Source: Yuukianura sp. NJ FZ-2021 (taxonomy: Eukaryota). Taken from it: a DNA stretch of 64,000 nt. The stretch spans positions 7,874,001 through 7,938,000 of the forward strand of contig CM102283.1 of NCBI GenBank assembly GCA_046563655.1, written 5' to 3'. The notes below the pieces were generated by a model. The model had not been told where the DNA came from. It did no database searches and saw only the letters and a list, made by a program, of their open reading frames with translations. The translations under genes were made by a program, and so were the position numbers. Positions 23,440-37,300 of this stretch are shown in pieces; position 1 is the stretch's first letter, and every line of letters begins with the position of its first letter.

Positions 23440-26327
23440 GCGCTTCCCTTGCGAAGAATCCTTACAAAATTTTCGAAGAAAATACCAGTTAGGGGGATTC
23501 GGGTTCAAACTTTTTTCAAGGTAAGAAAAAATAGGAACTTCCCAGGTGAAACTAATCTGGGAAGAAGATGCATTTTTCCTGTACATGTCGTAGTTTCAGT
23601 TTTTATTTTTTCCTTGTTTTGTTTTCAGAGCATGCAGTATCACTCACTCATTGGGTTTGGTCATCAACACTTCCAGAAGCGAAACCTAATAACATTGGAA
23701 CGCTGACGACGCACCGGTGAAGAATTTCACGCACGACTGCGATTTTTGGAAGAAACATGCCTTTTCTTTGTTTCAAAATTGAAGAAAATGAAGACTCTGC
23801 TTGCATATTCATAAAAATGAAGACTCTTATTGAGGATTGAAGACAATGAAGACTGCTTGAAGCTTCAAGAATGAAGAAAGTGAAGCATGTCCACGACGAC
23901 CTGGTCGGAAGCATCGACATAACAATAGATTCGGTGCCTTTGGTCCGTTGAACGTCAATTTGAATGGATTCCTGCCTCGCACCCCTCTACTTCCTTTTCT
24001 CCTCAAGGCAACTTCATCCCCCTCTCTTAAGTTTCTCACCGATGTTACTCTACTGAGGACAAACTACTCAGCATTGTACTGAGGATACTACTGCAAGCAT
24101 AGTCCGACAATCTCAAGGCATGGAACCAACATTTACAACTGTGGTGGAACGCAATTGCAGTGCTTGACTGGCTACGCCTTTTCCAACTTCCCTGCCCGAA
24201 GCTCAACTTTTACAACAACCGAGTGCTGCCAGCACCTCCATCATCATCATCATCTTTCCAATCCTTTGTTCCGTCCATTATTTTTAGGAGTTTTCCCTTG
24301 TGCTTCTCTCTGAATTCAGAATAACAATAGTTCCCTACCTTAGCAACTTTAGCAAAGTGGTATAGACTGAACGTAATGAAAAATGTATGCAACCTGGGCG
24401 TGTTAGTTGGGTTGGTTCGGAACTATATTCTTCATCATCTCCACCAGAAGAGTCAATGGACGATAGAAGTCAAAAGCTTTTTGGGCTGTGTCTGCATGTA
24501 TTCTGAGTTTTTAGAAGGGGTGTGTTTGTGTAGTGCGGTGGTTAGATCTCTTACCAATTGTCAGGTTGCTAAGTGCTAACTTAAATAGTTAAAACCCTGA
24601 CTTAAATCTACACCACCACAACTGTGTTACGGTGGAGCAACTGACAGGTAGTGCAGTAATGACATTGTACAGGTGAGCAACTACTGCTACTGCTTTAGTC
24701 TGCATCGAAGTAGCAGCAGTCACATTTCATTTTGGTTTGACATTTAGTGCTCCCTGGGGATTTTTGTGCAAAGGTGAAGTTAATCTGTAGTGTTTGTGTT
24801 ATTGATTTTCAGTGCATAAATATACACAAGTTATCCATCCAGAACTTTTTTTTGGAAAGCGAGTAACAGCAACGCAGGAAAGTTGAAACTGGTCGCATTT
24901 GCACATGGTTCCCCTGCTGGAAAAGAAAGTGCAGCGACAAGAGCAGGAAAAGCGTCTGGTTTCGTGCTATTTGAATATTTGACAAGGTGAAGGTGACACA
25001 CCGCCGCAACGGTCACGGTGCTTCCAGAACTCTAGGACATATTGGCATAGATCCAGGATCATCTGACGTCATCATCAGTATTAGTTCTTGATGGTAGAGG
25101 AGTGACACTTTCACACCTAGTGCTAATTACCGGTGAGTTAAAGTTAATTACCGGTGAGGTGACAATTTTCAAGTGTTGTTGACATTTTGACGTTGGCGAA
25201 GAGAGTTGACCAATCAGAAGGAGCCGCTTCTTTGTCTACAAGAAAGTGTCACGTGAGAGGTAAGTTTCAAAATTTAAATATTTGTAAACAAAGGTTGACG
25301 TCAACAAAAACAAAGACATTTGTAATCACCTTTGTTTAGTTATAAAAAGTTCTAACTTCGTTTGTGGTTTAGGCCGCCGAGGTCAGATTGACGTTAAACA
25401 TCATTAGCTTATTGAGGTTAAACGTAACTAATTGAATGAGTTAAAATTAATTTACGTGTCATGCAGACACAATCGAAGGGTATTTGGGCAGGGTCCGTGT
25501 GTTCCTTTTACATTCTCTAAACAATATCTCTCTTCGCTTAAATATTAAATGTCATACGGTCATTCTAACTATTGAAACTGAAACAATCACTTATTAGTGT
25601 ATAAGTTTCTTATCAGTACAATACTAAGTTTTCAGTTGTAAATGTAATCTAACCAAGAGTGCTCCAGGGAATTTAATCACCACTTTAACACCCATCACGT
25701 TTTTGTTCACTTCATCATCAAAACTTTTATTCCTGTTTGCTCTTCTCTCAAAATCGTTTCTCTTCATATCGTTTGTAATCGTGGGCTGAACCAGTTTCAA
25801 TTTCGTCTTCCTTTTAAACGTCAACTAATCTGAGCTGTCAAATTCCTGTTCGAGAGATGTAAGTTACGCAACTGACAAGAAAAAGCAGAGGGAGGCTTAA
25901 ACATTTATTGTTAAACATTGGGGGCAGGTCAACGACACTCAAGTGACAAGTGGAAGTCGTATAGCACTAGTCAGTCAGTCATAGAAGTTACATGCAAAAG
26001 GTAAGATACATTTGAAGTTTCCTATGGTTAACGTGACTTGCTCAATTTGAGTGTGAAAAAGAGCAATTTTGAGGTAAATCACAAAGTTTAGAGTGTAAAA
26101 AGTGTGCTTATGAAGTTGCCTAATTGGTAGTTGTCGTTGGGCGGTTGTCAAAAGACATATTTTACAACGAGAGAGGTCAAATGGTCAGTACATAATTAAT
26201 AATCCTTGTTTCGTCAATTACTCTATTGTGTTGTTATTGTCTAATGTTAACTAGCATTTTAGCAATGAGGTTAATCGTGAATCGTGATGACAAAGATCGT
26301 TGTCTTTCTAGAAAAAGAAAAGTGTCA

Positions 26328-28886
26328 GGCCAGGTCTAAAATCCTGAAATTTTTGAGACGTAAGGGCATGGGAAAAATCCTGAAATGGGGCAACGTGGAC
26401 CACACAGACAGCATGGCTAAAAGCCTGAAATTTTTCGATTGAGAAAATCCTGAAATGCGGCACTTTGAGATTCCTTTGGAAAGTTAAGCACCATGACGAG
26501 AAAGTTCAATAAGTCAGAAATTAAGTGGGGCAACGTGAGATTCCTTTAAAAAACTAAGATACGTAATGGAGAAAGTGCAATAAATCAGAAATTGAGTGGG
26601 GCAACGTGAGATTCCTGTAGAAAACTAAGAAACTTCGTTCGCATTGTTCAAATTACTAACAAATTGCATGTGGTAGTGTGAGATTGCCTTAGAAAAGTAA
26701 GAAACTTGTTTCACACATTGTCCAACAAAGTAATAAATGTCCTGGGGCATGGTGAGATTCTCCTCTTAAGGTACATTATTCCCAGAAGAAAACAAAACCA
26801 CTACGGTTTCTGACTGCAGTCGTCATCAGTAAAGTGCATCACGGTAGACCGTAGTGCAATGGTCCCTTTGTATACTATGCATCAGAGTTGGTGACCAGTG
26901 ACTAACCTAATCTTTTTAACGTGACAAAATTTTGAAAAATTCACTGTTACACTTAATTTTCGAGGAATTGGAATTTTGAAAAATTCAGCTGAAATTCAAC
27001 TTTTGGATATATTTGTCTTGCCGAAAATTCACGCGTATGCTACCGGCTCGAAATGTTGGTCTCGTGAACAATTCACCTGTTCTCTAACTTTTTGACGTGA
27101 CAAAAAATTTTGAAAAATTCACTGTTACACTTACTTTTCGAGGAATTGGAATTTTGAAAAATTCAGCTGAAATTCAACTTTTGGATATATTTGCCTTGCC
27201 GAAGATTCACGCGTATGCTACCGGCTCGAAATGTTGGTCTCGTGAACAATTCACCTGTTCTCTAACTTTTTGACGTGACAAAAAATTTTGAAAAATTCAC
27301 TGTTACACTTACTTTTCGAGGAATTGGAATTTTGAAAAATTCAGCTGAAATTCAACTTTTGGATATATTTGCCTTGCCGAAGATTCACGCGTATGCTACC
27401 GGCTCGAAATGTTGGTCTCGTGAACAATTCACCTGTTCTCTAACTTTTTGACGTGACAAAAAATTTTGAAAAATTCACTGTTACACTTACTTTTCGAGGA
27501 ATTGGAATTTTGAAAAATTCAGCTGAAATTCAACTTTTGGATATATTTGCCTTGCCGAAGATTCACGCGTATGCTACCGGCTCGAAATGTTGGTCTCGTG
27601 AACAATTCACCTGTTCTCTAACTTTTTGACGTGACAAAAAATTTTGAAAAATTCACTGTTACACTTACTTTTCGAGGAATTGGAATTTTGAAAAATTCAG
27701 CTGAAATTCAACTTTTGGATATATTTGCCTTGCCGAAGATTCACGCGTATGCTACCGGCTCGAAATGTTGGTCTCGTGAACAATTCACCTGTTCTCTAAC
27801 TTTTTGACGTGACAAAAAATTTTGAAAAATTCACTGTTACACTTACTTTTCGAGGAATTGGAATTTTGAAAAATTCAGCTGAAATTCAACTTTTGGATAT
27901 ATTTGCCTTGCCGAAGATTTACGCGTATGCTACCGGCTCGAAATGTTGGTCTCGTGAACAATTCACCTGTTCTCTAACTTTTTGACGTGACAAAAAATTT
28001 TGAAAAATTCACTGTTACACTTACTTTTCGAGGAATTCGAATTTTGAAAAATTCAACTGAAATTCAACTTTTGGATATATTTGCCTTGCCGAAGATTCAC
28101 GCGTATGCTACCGGCTCGAAATGTTGGTCTCGTGAACAATTCACCTGTTCTCTAACTTTTTGACGTGACAAAAATTTTTGAAAAATTCACTGAATTCAGC
28201 TGAAATTCTCTTTGGGTTACATTCAGTCTTGGTTATGTTGAACTTCAACCGCTTCATTCAAATTATACAAAGGGACCATTGCACTACCGTCTACCGTGAT
28301 GCACGGTACTGATGACGACTGCAGTCAGAAACCGGAGTGGTTTTGTTTTCTTCTGGGAATAATGTGCCTTAAGAAGAGAATCTCACCATGCCCCAAGACA
28401 TTTATTACTTTGTGGACAATGTGTGAAACAAGTTTCTTACTTTTCCAAGGCAATGTCACACTACAACATGCAATTTGTTAGTAATTTGAACAATGCGAAC
28501 GAAGTTTCTTAGTTTTCTACAGGAATCTCACGTTGCCCCACTCAATTTCTGATTTATTGCACTTGCTCTAATAAGTTTCTTAGTTTTCTACAGGAATCTC
28601 ACGTTGCCCCACTCAATTTCTGATTTATTGCACTTTCTCCATTACGTATCTTAGTTTTTTTAAAGGAATCTCACGTTGCCCCACTTAATTTCTGATTTAT
28701 TGAACTTTCTCCGTCATTGTGCTTAACTTTCCAAAGGAATCTCAAAGTGCCGCATTTCAGGATTTTCTCAATCGAAAAATTTCAGGCTTTTAGCCATGTC
28801 TGTCTGTGTGGTCCACGTTGCCCCATTTCAGGAGTTTTCCCATGCCCTTAACACGTCTCAAAAATTTCAGGATTTTAGACCTGGCC
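26328..28886. mobile_element. Non-autonomous Foldback/Mutator-like DNA transposon with long modular TIRs (26328-26874 and 28264-28886) and a 9-bp TSD
   Basis: Termini GGCCAGGTCTAAAATCCTGAAATTTTTGAGACGT and its reverse complement. AAAGTGTCA directly flanks both ends (26319-26327, 28887-28895). The arms contain about 70-bp subrepeats (GGGGCAACGTG). No transposase ORF. Confidence 0.9.
26907..28192. repeat. Tandem array of 178-bp units, about 7.2 copies, almost identical
   Basis: GACGTGACAAAAA recurs at 27094, 27272, 27450, 27628, 27806, 27984 and 28162 (period 178). Confidence 0.97.
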
Positions 28887-28949
28887 AAAGTGTCAGTATT
28901 TTACCTGCCGCCATATTTGTTGTTGCTCGTAAAATTGCTGAAATTACGG

Positions 28950-30130
28950 TAACAAAACTGACTACGGAAGTTCAAGGGTAAAGATACCTGAATTGGTCAA
29001 GTGTTGCTACATACTTGCTGCCTTTTACGCCTACCGCCAAGTCACTTGAGTACTTAACGTTAATGTCGCTCATAGTCGTTAGATAGTTACTCCCTTTTAT
29101 AATGTTTTGACGAGCTTTTTTTTTACTTGTTTTGGTTGCAGTGATGGCACCGTTAGCTCGATTGACATAGTCCACTGACTTACACCGGATGTGACCCTTC
29201 CCCCATAACATAGCATAACAATTTCCTGTTGCATAACGGAAGTCCGGAGAGCCCTTGGCAGTCACCCTAGTTTTACGGGTTTTTAACATAGGTTCTCACA
29301 CACTCCCTTCAAACTCTCAAGTCCTCCCCCTCCTATCAAGTCTCCGATGTCGGCAGATGCTGCCAAGGGTTAAGGGTATCACAGAACGTGTTTTCCCAAG
29401 GGACTACTGCCAGATCAGTATCTTTTGGTTCCAATTTGGCCAGTAGTACTTGAATTGATTGTTCTGAGTCACCCTTAACCGCAATGCCGACATTTGGTTT
29501 ATAGTAAAACGTAATAACCTCTGCGGTAAAAGAAGAGCCGATGAGGAAACTTTTTGTGATGGATGACAAATCAAGGTAATTTCATCTGGGAAATGACGTG
29601 TATTTAGAGGAAAGAGATTGGCATATTTGGCAATTTGGGTTCCATAGGATGTCAGATTAGAATCAGAGTTGAAATTACGGGGCGTGGTTAGTTTTTTGTA
29701 GCGGGATTTTTGACAGTTGGTTTTGGTTGATGTCGTATGTTAGAAACAAGATGCGGAGATTTAGTTTCAACAGTGTCGGAAGAGACGTAGGGATGTCGGG
29801 CTAAAAGTCAAGCATTTTCGGATGAAGCTGTAAAGCTTTACTTAGGTATGAAGGAATATGTTGAAGATCTCAAGAGATTAAGGGCTTCCTTTCAGCGTTT
29901 CAGCTTTTCCGGGGCTCCCCTGACTCCATCAATCTCTAGTCAGTGCTGAGGGAAAACGACATTCGGAGAAACATTCCACCAAAAGTATGATTACGGATGT
30001 TACTTTTAGATTCAAGTAAAGATGTAGAAAGAGAAGGTCGTTTGGCGACATGCTGTCGCTGTCTTTGTTTCATCTTGTGGAAGATGAGCGTAGTATATTT
30101 TGAAAAGTTGACATGGACCAGAGTGAGAGA
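28950..30130 (-). mobile_element. Highly decayed LTR-retrotransposon pol relic (integrase-like, possibly RNase H upstream)
   Basis: Broken minus-strand frames give, in the expected order, ..GHCG..T..FKYYWPN (zinc-binding region), PWENTFCDTLNP..LPTS (start of core) and HIRCKSVDYVNRANGAI (resembles the Y-x-P-Q-x-N-G motif). Many stops and frameshifts. Confidence 0.45.
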
Positions 30131-33100
30131 CAAGACAGGGAGAGAGATTTCAAAAAAAGTTTTCTGGAAAAGCAGAAGTTAGCACATGGAAATCCAAAAT
30201 TCAAATAAATGCGCCTTTTAGTACCATTTCCATCCCCTCCATTTTAAAAAAGCCAAGCCTAACCAGTTTTCAGTTTTTGTTGATCTTTATGGATCCAACA
30301 TCATCTTTCAAAACTTTTTTTTCCTGGGTGAGTCTGAGTGTTATGGAACTTATGGAACTGTAGAAGGACCTCTTATAACCATAATTCAAAAAAGCCATGA
30401 TTTTTTTTTATGAAAAGTTGGATTTACTATGTTTGAATTATTTTTTCCACTCGAGTACTTTCCCCTCTCCTCAAACTTTTCTCCTGGGATGTCTAAATTT
30501 TTGTTGCAAGTTGAAAGCAGCAGCGATTCGCTTTTTTGCCCCTTCTTTAAGGAAATATCTAATTTCAAAAAACCAGAATTTATGATGAACAGTTTATTTT
30601 TTGAAAAAAAAAAATGAACCGAACCCAACGAAATCTTCCACTTTTTCAGTGTTTTTTGAACCTGCAAATCCCGCAATTCATTTTTCGAAAAATTTGCCAA
30701 AAAGAATTTTTTTTTCTGGATCCGAGAAGTTGTGGGTCCAGTTTTAAATTAAAAAAAAATTTTTTGGATGAATTTGCATGAATTTTGAAACAAGGAGAAA
30801 AACTGTTTGATTCCGACGTAAAAGTTAACATTTTAAGAATTACTGTTTGAAGAACTTGAATTCCGTAAAATAAACTTTTTTTGAAACCCCGTTTTTTCTA
30901 CGTTTTTCGAAAAAGTTCTTAATGGAATTGAAGAAAAAAAGTCGTTTTGTTAGAACACGGTGAACATTCTTTTATAACAGAACATAACAAAACGTCTTCT
31001 TTTGTTCCATTTCCATTTTTTCCTGTTAAAGTCTAAAGTGAAAAGATCCATTTGGAATGTGCTGAATTTTTACGGAAGGGAAGAATCCATTAGGGATTTT
31101 ATGAACACGGTTTCATATTCATGATGGCTCTACACAGTTCCATCTGATGCTTTCCATTCATTCTTAGTACCGGAATTTTCCTAAACTTGAAACTACTACC
31201 ACAACAATTTAAACCTGCCATTTCAGCTTCTCCAAAAACTTTTTTTGAAATGACTATCTTCAGCATCAGCACCAAAAACTTTTTTTTTGAAATAGCGGTG
31301 AGGAGTGAGCTTTGAGTGGCAGAGTTTCGCTCACTAGCGTATTCATGAGAAAACTTTTGTTCTCATTGGAACATAAAATATTTTATTAGTAGTGCAAGTT
31401 AAGCTTGTGCTTGAGTAGGATTTTCAAAAAATTCGTAAGCACTTTCACGTTTTTTGAGTTTGAATTCTGGGTTAAGGCGGAGAAATGACGAGAACATTGA
31501 AGGCTGAAGGACTTTTTGGAAATTTTTAAGCTTTCATTATACTCCAAAATGAGGCATTGATCTGTCAATTGTAATGGAAATTAATGGATGTTCTATTCAC
31601 AATTGATTCTTAATTTTGAATTTCACGTTTCGAAAAAAGAAAAGAAAAAACTTCCATTTTTGAAAAGTTATTAGTTCCATGATTATTGCTGGTGGTGAAG
31701 GGAAGATTTAATTCAGAATTCTATTCAGAGGAGTGTCTCTGACACTTTGCAACTTTTCAAAAAAGTTTTTTCTTTTCACCGTGACGGACTTTAGTTCTTG
31801 AATTTTAATGGTGAAATTTATACACACACGGTGTCAAATTTTGAAATGAATGCCAATGGACTTTTCGTTAAGGGGTCATTGACCTCTGAGAACTTAAAAC
31901 CAATTTCCCTTGGCAGTACACTTAAACCGTCAACACGTTTGAGCAGTAAATTTTGAAGTGGAAAATAGCCTTAACCTTAACATTTTAATAGGTTCATGGG
32001 TATGTCAAAATTCACACGATTTTTTACAGTTCTAAATACTCAAAAAGATCGTAAAACGCGCGCGATGTGTGACATGTGAATTTTCGTTTTCTTGAGATCT
32101 CAACGCATTCGCATATAAATTGAGATTTTGAAAAGAAAAAAAATTTTCGACGAAGATTTGTGTGGAATTCAAAATTCATTTTTCTTTTAAATCGTATTAC
32201 ATTTTGACTTTGTGTAGCTAATGCATTGATGTTTTGAAAAACTTGTCAAAGTTTTTTTTTGTAATGAATGTGACATGTGATGAAAAGTGGCCCATGGGCG
32301 AATTTGTCACAACGGGACATTGAGCATCTTCATCACTTTGTACTGGGAAGTATTACAAGTCTGAAACCATTGTTACACTTTTGTAGGTGACAAAAAGCTT
32401 TTGTTGTCGGAACTTTTGTAAGTTGACAATTTTTTTTGTCATCCAAGAATCACATTTGCTAGAGAACTTGGCCTAATTTTTAAGTTGTGAGGATGTGTAA
32501 CAATGGAGTTTGAAATTAATCGTAATTTACAGCAGCGAAAACAACGGAAACATTATTGAAAGAATGTGAATGTGAATGGAATGGAACTAATGACATACAT
32601 TTTTAAACTCAATTTAAAATTAAACAAGTGCGTTAGTGTCACTTCGGAAGTGACTTTTCAGTTTTTTTTACATGTTGTAAATTTCAACAAGATGTATGTT
32701 ATCTAGTCCATTGTTCTGTTCAACACCAAAACATAATGATTAACAATGTAACAATGTAAATTAGAATTCGTAAATATTTATGTCATTTGCAGCTTCCTGT
32801 CAATAATTCTTGTCAAAACCTAATTTCATAAAAGTACGCAGCAAAAAATCATCAAGGTTTTTTTTTTGGAATTTGAAAATCTACAATCCTGATTTTTTTA
32901 AATCCAAGAATTTTACACTAATAACTGTACAGGATTTAAAAAAAAAACTTAATATTTTTCAAAGTGTTCAAAATTGTGCCATAAAATCTGAGCAGAAAAG
33001 AATTCTCAATAAGTTTTTTTAACTCTTCAAATTTTTTCCCCGTTCATCGAACTTCTTTGAGAAAGTTGTTTTTGATACAAGTAATTTTGATGTTTGAACC

Positions 33101-34356
33101 AAAATTGAGTACAAATGAGTTCAAAAATGGCGACTTAATAGGTGGAATGATTTTCAGTAATAACAGCAATTGGTAATGAAATGAAACCGACACTGTAATC
33201 ACACCAGTAGTAAGTTGAAAAAACATACTAAAACTGGTAGTACTGTTGAACATTTTGAACAACAATTCAAACGTCAACTGGTTTCTGAGTTTTGACTTTT
33301 GGCGCCATTATCCCTTCACGCTAAAGTAAATAAACTTTTGTGGTTTCCATTTACAGACTGCATTTAAACTCTGTTTACTTTTGTAACTGTTGTGACTTCT
33401 TTTTCACGTTTTGTTAGTTTTCTTTATTTACTCGGTTAGGTTTTCAGGTTTTGGCACGTGGGGGTAATCATGGTAAGTTTACTCACGAGTAGAAAGTGCG
33501 TGCGAGTGCGGTTTTGAAAAATGATTTTGGTTGGCTCCAATTTTCAAAATAGTCCGCCATTAACTTTTGGTCAAAATTTCCTTTTTGCTTTTAGGTTTAC
33601 ATTTTAGACTGAAAAGATTTTAACATGCATGTTTTGTTATTTGACATTTTATGAATTTTCATTCTCTTTTGTCGTCGTGAGTCTTTACAACACACTTGAA
33701 GATTTGCCTACTTGTGAACAATGGGATAAAACTACTTAAAGTTGGTGTAAATCTTGTTAACCTCTTTTAAGCTATGAGAAATTTTGAAAATTTCAAAATT
33801 TGGAAAGTTTGGGATTATTAATTAAAGCGGAGAAGTTTAGTTTGTGGCAAAAGTTATGAATGGAAAACGCTTTACGCTTTTCAGAGATGATCCGGTTGTA
33901 AAAAGCTTGAAATTTATGAGCAGATTATAACAGAACTTTTTCTAATTCAAAATTTTCAGGATGATTAATTTGTTAAGTGTCTAATTGTTCAGATTTAACC
34001 TGAATTTCATATCCTCAGGATCAGTTTTTATTAGAACGAAGAGGGCGTGTCTTGCAAACTAGTTTTTGCATAGTAAATTAGTTATAGTGTGCTACGTTTT
34101 TGTTAGTTTTTGACATTCGGAGTAGCTAACCACGCCCACTTTTGACTCCTTTGATTTACAGGATCTGGACACGAACTTCCTCAACTCATAAAAAGGATTT
34201 TGGCACTTTTTTTGAGTGTGAACTGTAATTGGAGCAATTAACGGGTTTTCTAACCCCTGCACATCACGAAACTTGTAAATTTTGAACTTGGAGGAGGAAT
34301 CATTTTTTGTCAAAATTTGAAGTTCGTGAGGAAATCACTTCTCTGAAATTTTTAAA

Positions 34357-37300
34357 ATGGACATGGACTCTGATCCGGGCGAAAGTCTTCTGCAGCGGGA
34401 AATTCGAAAGTGTCAACAGGCTTTTGCTATGTCAAGTAACGACGAACCGGAAGAATTTGAAGACATTCAATTTTTTCACCGAATTCCTCCAGTTGCACTC
34501 ACGGCGTTCAAAATTGGCGATATTTCGCGAGGTTTTATGGGCGGAGATGCAGGGCCGTCTCATCATCAGAATTACGGAAATGGAGAAGAGGAAGAAGGTG
34601 AAGAGGGATATCAGGATTCGGTGAGTCGAAATTTTTTGAACAATTTTAAAATAGCGCGCTACTTAAAAAACGGAACCGGTTTCGGTGTTTGTTTGAAATT
34701 TCAGACTTAAAGTTGCTGCAAAGTGAAAAGTTGATGAAATCTGTCATTCATGCGTATTTTCATGCATAAATTAATGCGTTTGTCTGTTTGTCCGCATCCT
34801 GGCTGGTTCCGACTTTTCAGGTTTTAGTTTACGTTATACGTTTTGAACAAAAGTAAGCAAAAACTATACATTTCCCCCCGCGTAATTTCAAATTCTGTAC
34901 AGCATTGGTAATTTTTTGTAACATTTGTGCTGTGTACAATTGAAAATGGTATAAGGTCAGAGCAATTTAAGTTGGGAACAATAGACTATCCGGGCCGTGT
35001 TCCGTTGGACCTAGTTCTAAATTTCTTTGACACCGTGAACAATTGGATTTAAGTTAGGGGGAAGAGGGTAAGTTTGAAAAGAACGCGAAAGATGACTAAA
35101 CCTAATGTTAAACTAACATAAAACCTAACCTATTAATCTTTTGTAAGATCCCTTACGGTTACAAATATCATAATCTTCTCAAAAATTGGCGGCCATTATT
35201 GCAAAAATTAGGAACACGATCAGGAATGACTATTGTGTTCCTAATTCAATTCCTAAAGTACCGTTAGGAAATCCATTCTTCATCTGCCATCTTCATCAAT
35301 ATCATAATCTTTTATTAAGTCACTTTAGGCGAAAAATTTGAGCATTTGAAGTTATAATTCTACTATTGAAATAACGTAATTTAAATTCAATTACATCTGG
35401 GTAATTCAGAATTTTTTGGCTAAATGCAATTGTTACTAAAATGGTAAAATTTTGTCAAAAATATTTAATAACAGTTGACAAAAAGAATGTTTATGATAAT
35501 ATTAGGATTTTATTAATTTAGTTTCTGTTGACCTTGATCCGTTACTTTGATAGACTTAGAATTAGGATCTTCAACGGTTTTCAGAAATTTCAGAATCTTC
35601 TTGTCATTGTCCAGTATTAGTTTTAGTACTTGCAGTTCAGTAGATGGTGTAGTTGTTTTCTTACGTTCTACTGATTTTTCAGTTGACCACGGTGTAGTAT
35701 CGGGAAATGGAAACGCAGAACTCGATTTTTCAGTTGGCCACGGTGTAGTTTCGGGAAATGGAAACGCAGAAATCATGATTTCTACGGAAAATAGAAAAAT
35801 TAAGAGACGCAACGAAGTTTTCATTTTTTTTTGTATTTCTCTCCAACTTCCGAAATCTGAAATTTGTAGAAACAAATGATTTTGTTATCACCGGTAATTC
35901 ACACAGAACTACTAATTTTTTCAGCATGTTTGAAAATTGAAATCGTCTTACCAGAAATTTCAAATTGTGTTGGACGAACTGTTACAGAGCTTCTCCTACC
36001 CTCACTTTTTATACTTTTGAGATTTTTCGGTGATTTAAGAAAAAAATTGTTTTGAAAAGTAGCCAGTTTAGCGACTTTTACAAAAGTTCAACAAGAAATC
36101 AACTGCGTATTTTACAAAAGTTCAACTTTCATCCCGTTAATATTTGTCCGGTTCTGCCAAAAAAGTGAACTTTGTGTGAAAATGAAGTTGACGGAAATTT
36201 ATTAAGTTCCGTTAACAAAATTTGCATTTTTCTTTTGTTTTGCAATTTTCCGAATGCTACTGAAATAACTTCTTGCTAAATATTTTTCGTTCTTCTTTTG
36301 GGTTTTTTTTAAATTTTATTCGAAATAACTTTAATTTCAAATATTTTTTTTCACGAATACATTTTTGTCAGAAGCTCCGAATTCCGGTACAGATTGAAGA
36401 AATATTTGAAAATTCGTAGGAAAAAAGACGAGGTCGAAGATTTGTATTTTTTTTTGTCAAAAATTTGCAAGTAAGTTACTATGTGCTTTGGTTTTACACA
36501 ATTTTAATGTGATTTTCATGACGGACGATTAACCTTATAAGACAAAAGTAATGATACAATTTTTGTTAGATTTTGGTTGTCGTGTCTTTAGATTGTGATC
36601 TTCGCTGCATTTTGAAACCCCAAGTCTCCAATTTAATTTCTCACGATTTGTTTATCCCAAAGAAACTAATTTTCTCACGGTGACTTACTTTACATTAGGG
36701 TAGAGGCATTCATGATTTGGATGTTGAGAACTACTAGATCTTAAACTTCTTTTGGAATTTACTTAATTACTTAACTTGAGAAAATTATTTAAGTTAATTC
36801 TCATTCCAAGCACGACAGCACGAGACTTTATGATTGTTTTTGCAAAGCTGTAACTTACTTGTGTGAATTGGCTAAAAAGATGAAGGTCACCTTCTAAGTT
36901 AAAAAAATGTTGCATCTAAATCATACAGGTAGGATATAACTTTTAATTGGAAATTTCTTTCAATGTGAAGGTTTGGTTGCATGAAAGTTTGAAATTTTTG
37001 CTCTGGCTCGACTCACAGCTCTAAAAAGTTGCATGAGTGACCTTGCCTGTCCTCGGCAACTTTTTTGTGCTTAAGCTAACAACGGCGTAATTTATAAAAT
37101 TAGCACAATTTGCTGAGAAAACAATAAGCAGAAAAGTTGACCAATGAAAGGCGGTTGTTAAAAATAAGAATGTCATAATGTAAGCCGCACGCGAGCGACT
37201 ACAAAAATACGTCACATTTTTAAAATTTTAAAGAATTTTTTTTGAAACCAAAATTTTGAATTTGATTTTTGTTATTTTTAGGACAGTTCGTACATGTTTC

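Noticed and set aside
23449-25020. Cluster of short ORFs with a donor/acceptor pair at about 23521/23628
   Set aside because: No continuous frame or recognisable motif. Could be decayed coding or TE sequence, but unsupported.
26907-28192. Regular repeat array as a possible CRISPR
   Set aside because: Units are contiguous 178-bp near-identical copies with no unique spacers, there are no cas genes, and the context is eukaryotic.
33044-33277. 77-aa hydrophobic minus-strand ORF as a paralogue of the secreted peptide
   Set aside because: No sequence similarity to 35513-35824 and no clear signal peptide or promoter.
33470-33478. ATG|GTAAGT as an alternative ATG-only first exon of the large gene
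   Set aside because: Phase-compatible with the 37282 acceptor, but such a short signal can occur by chance; needs transcript data.
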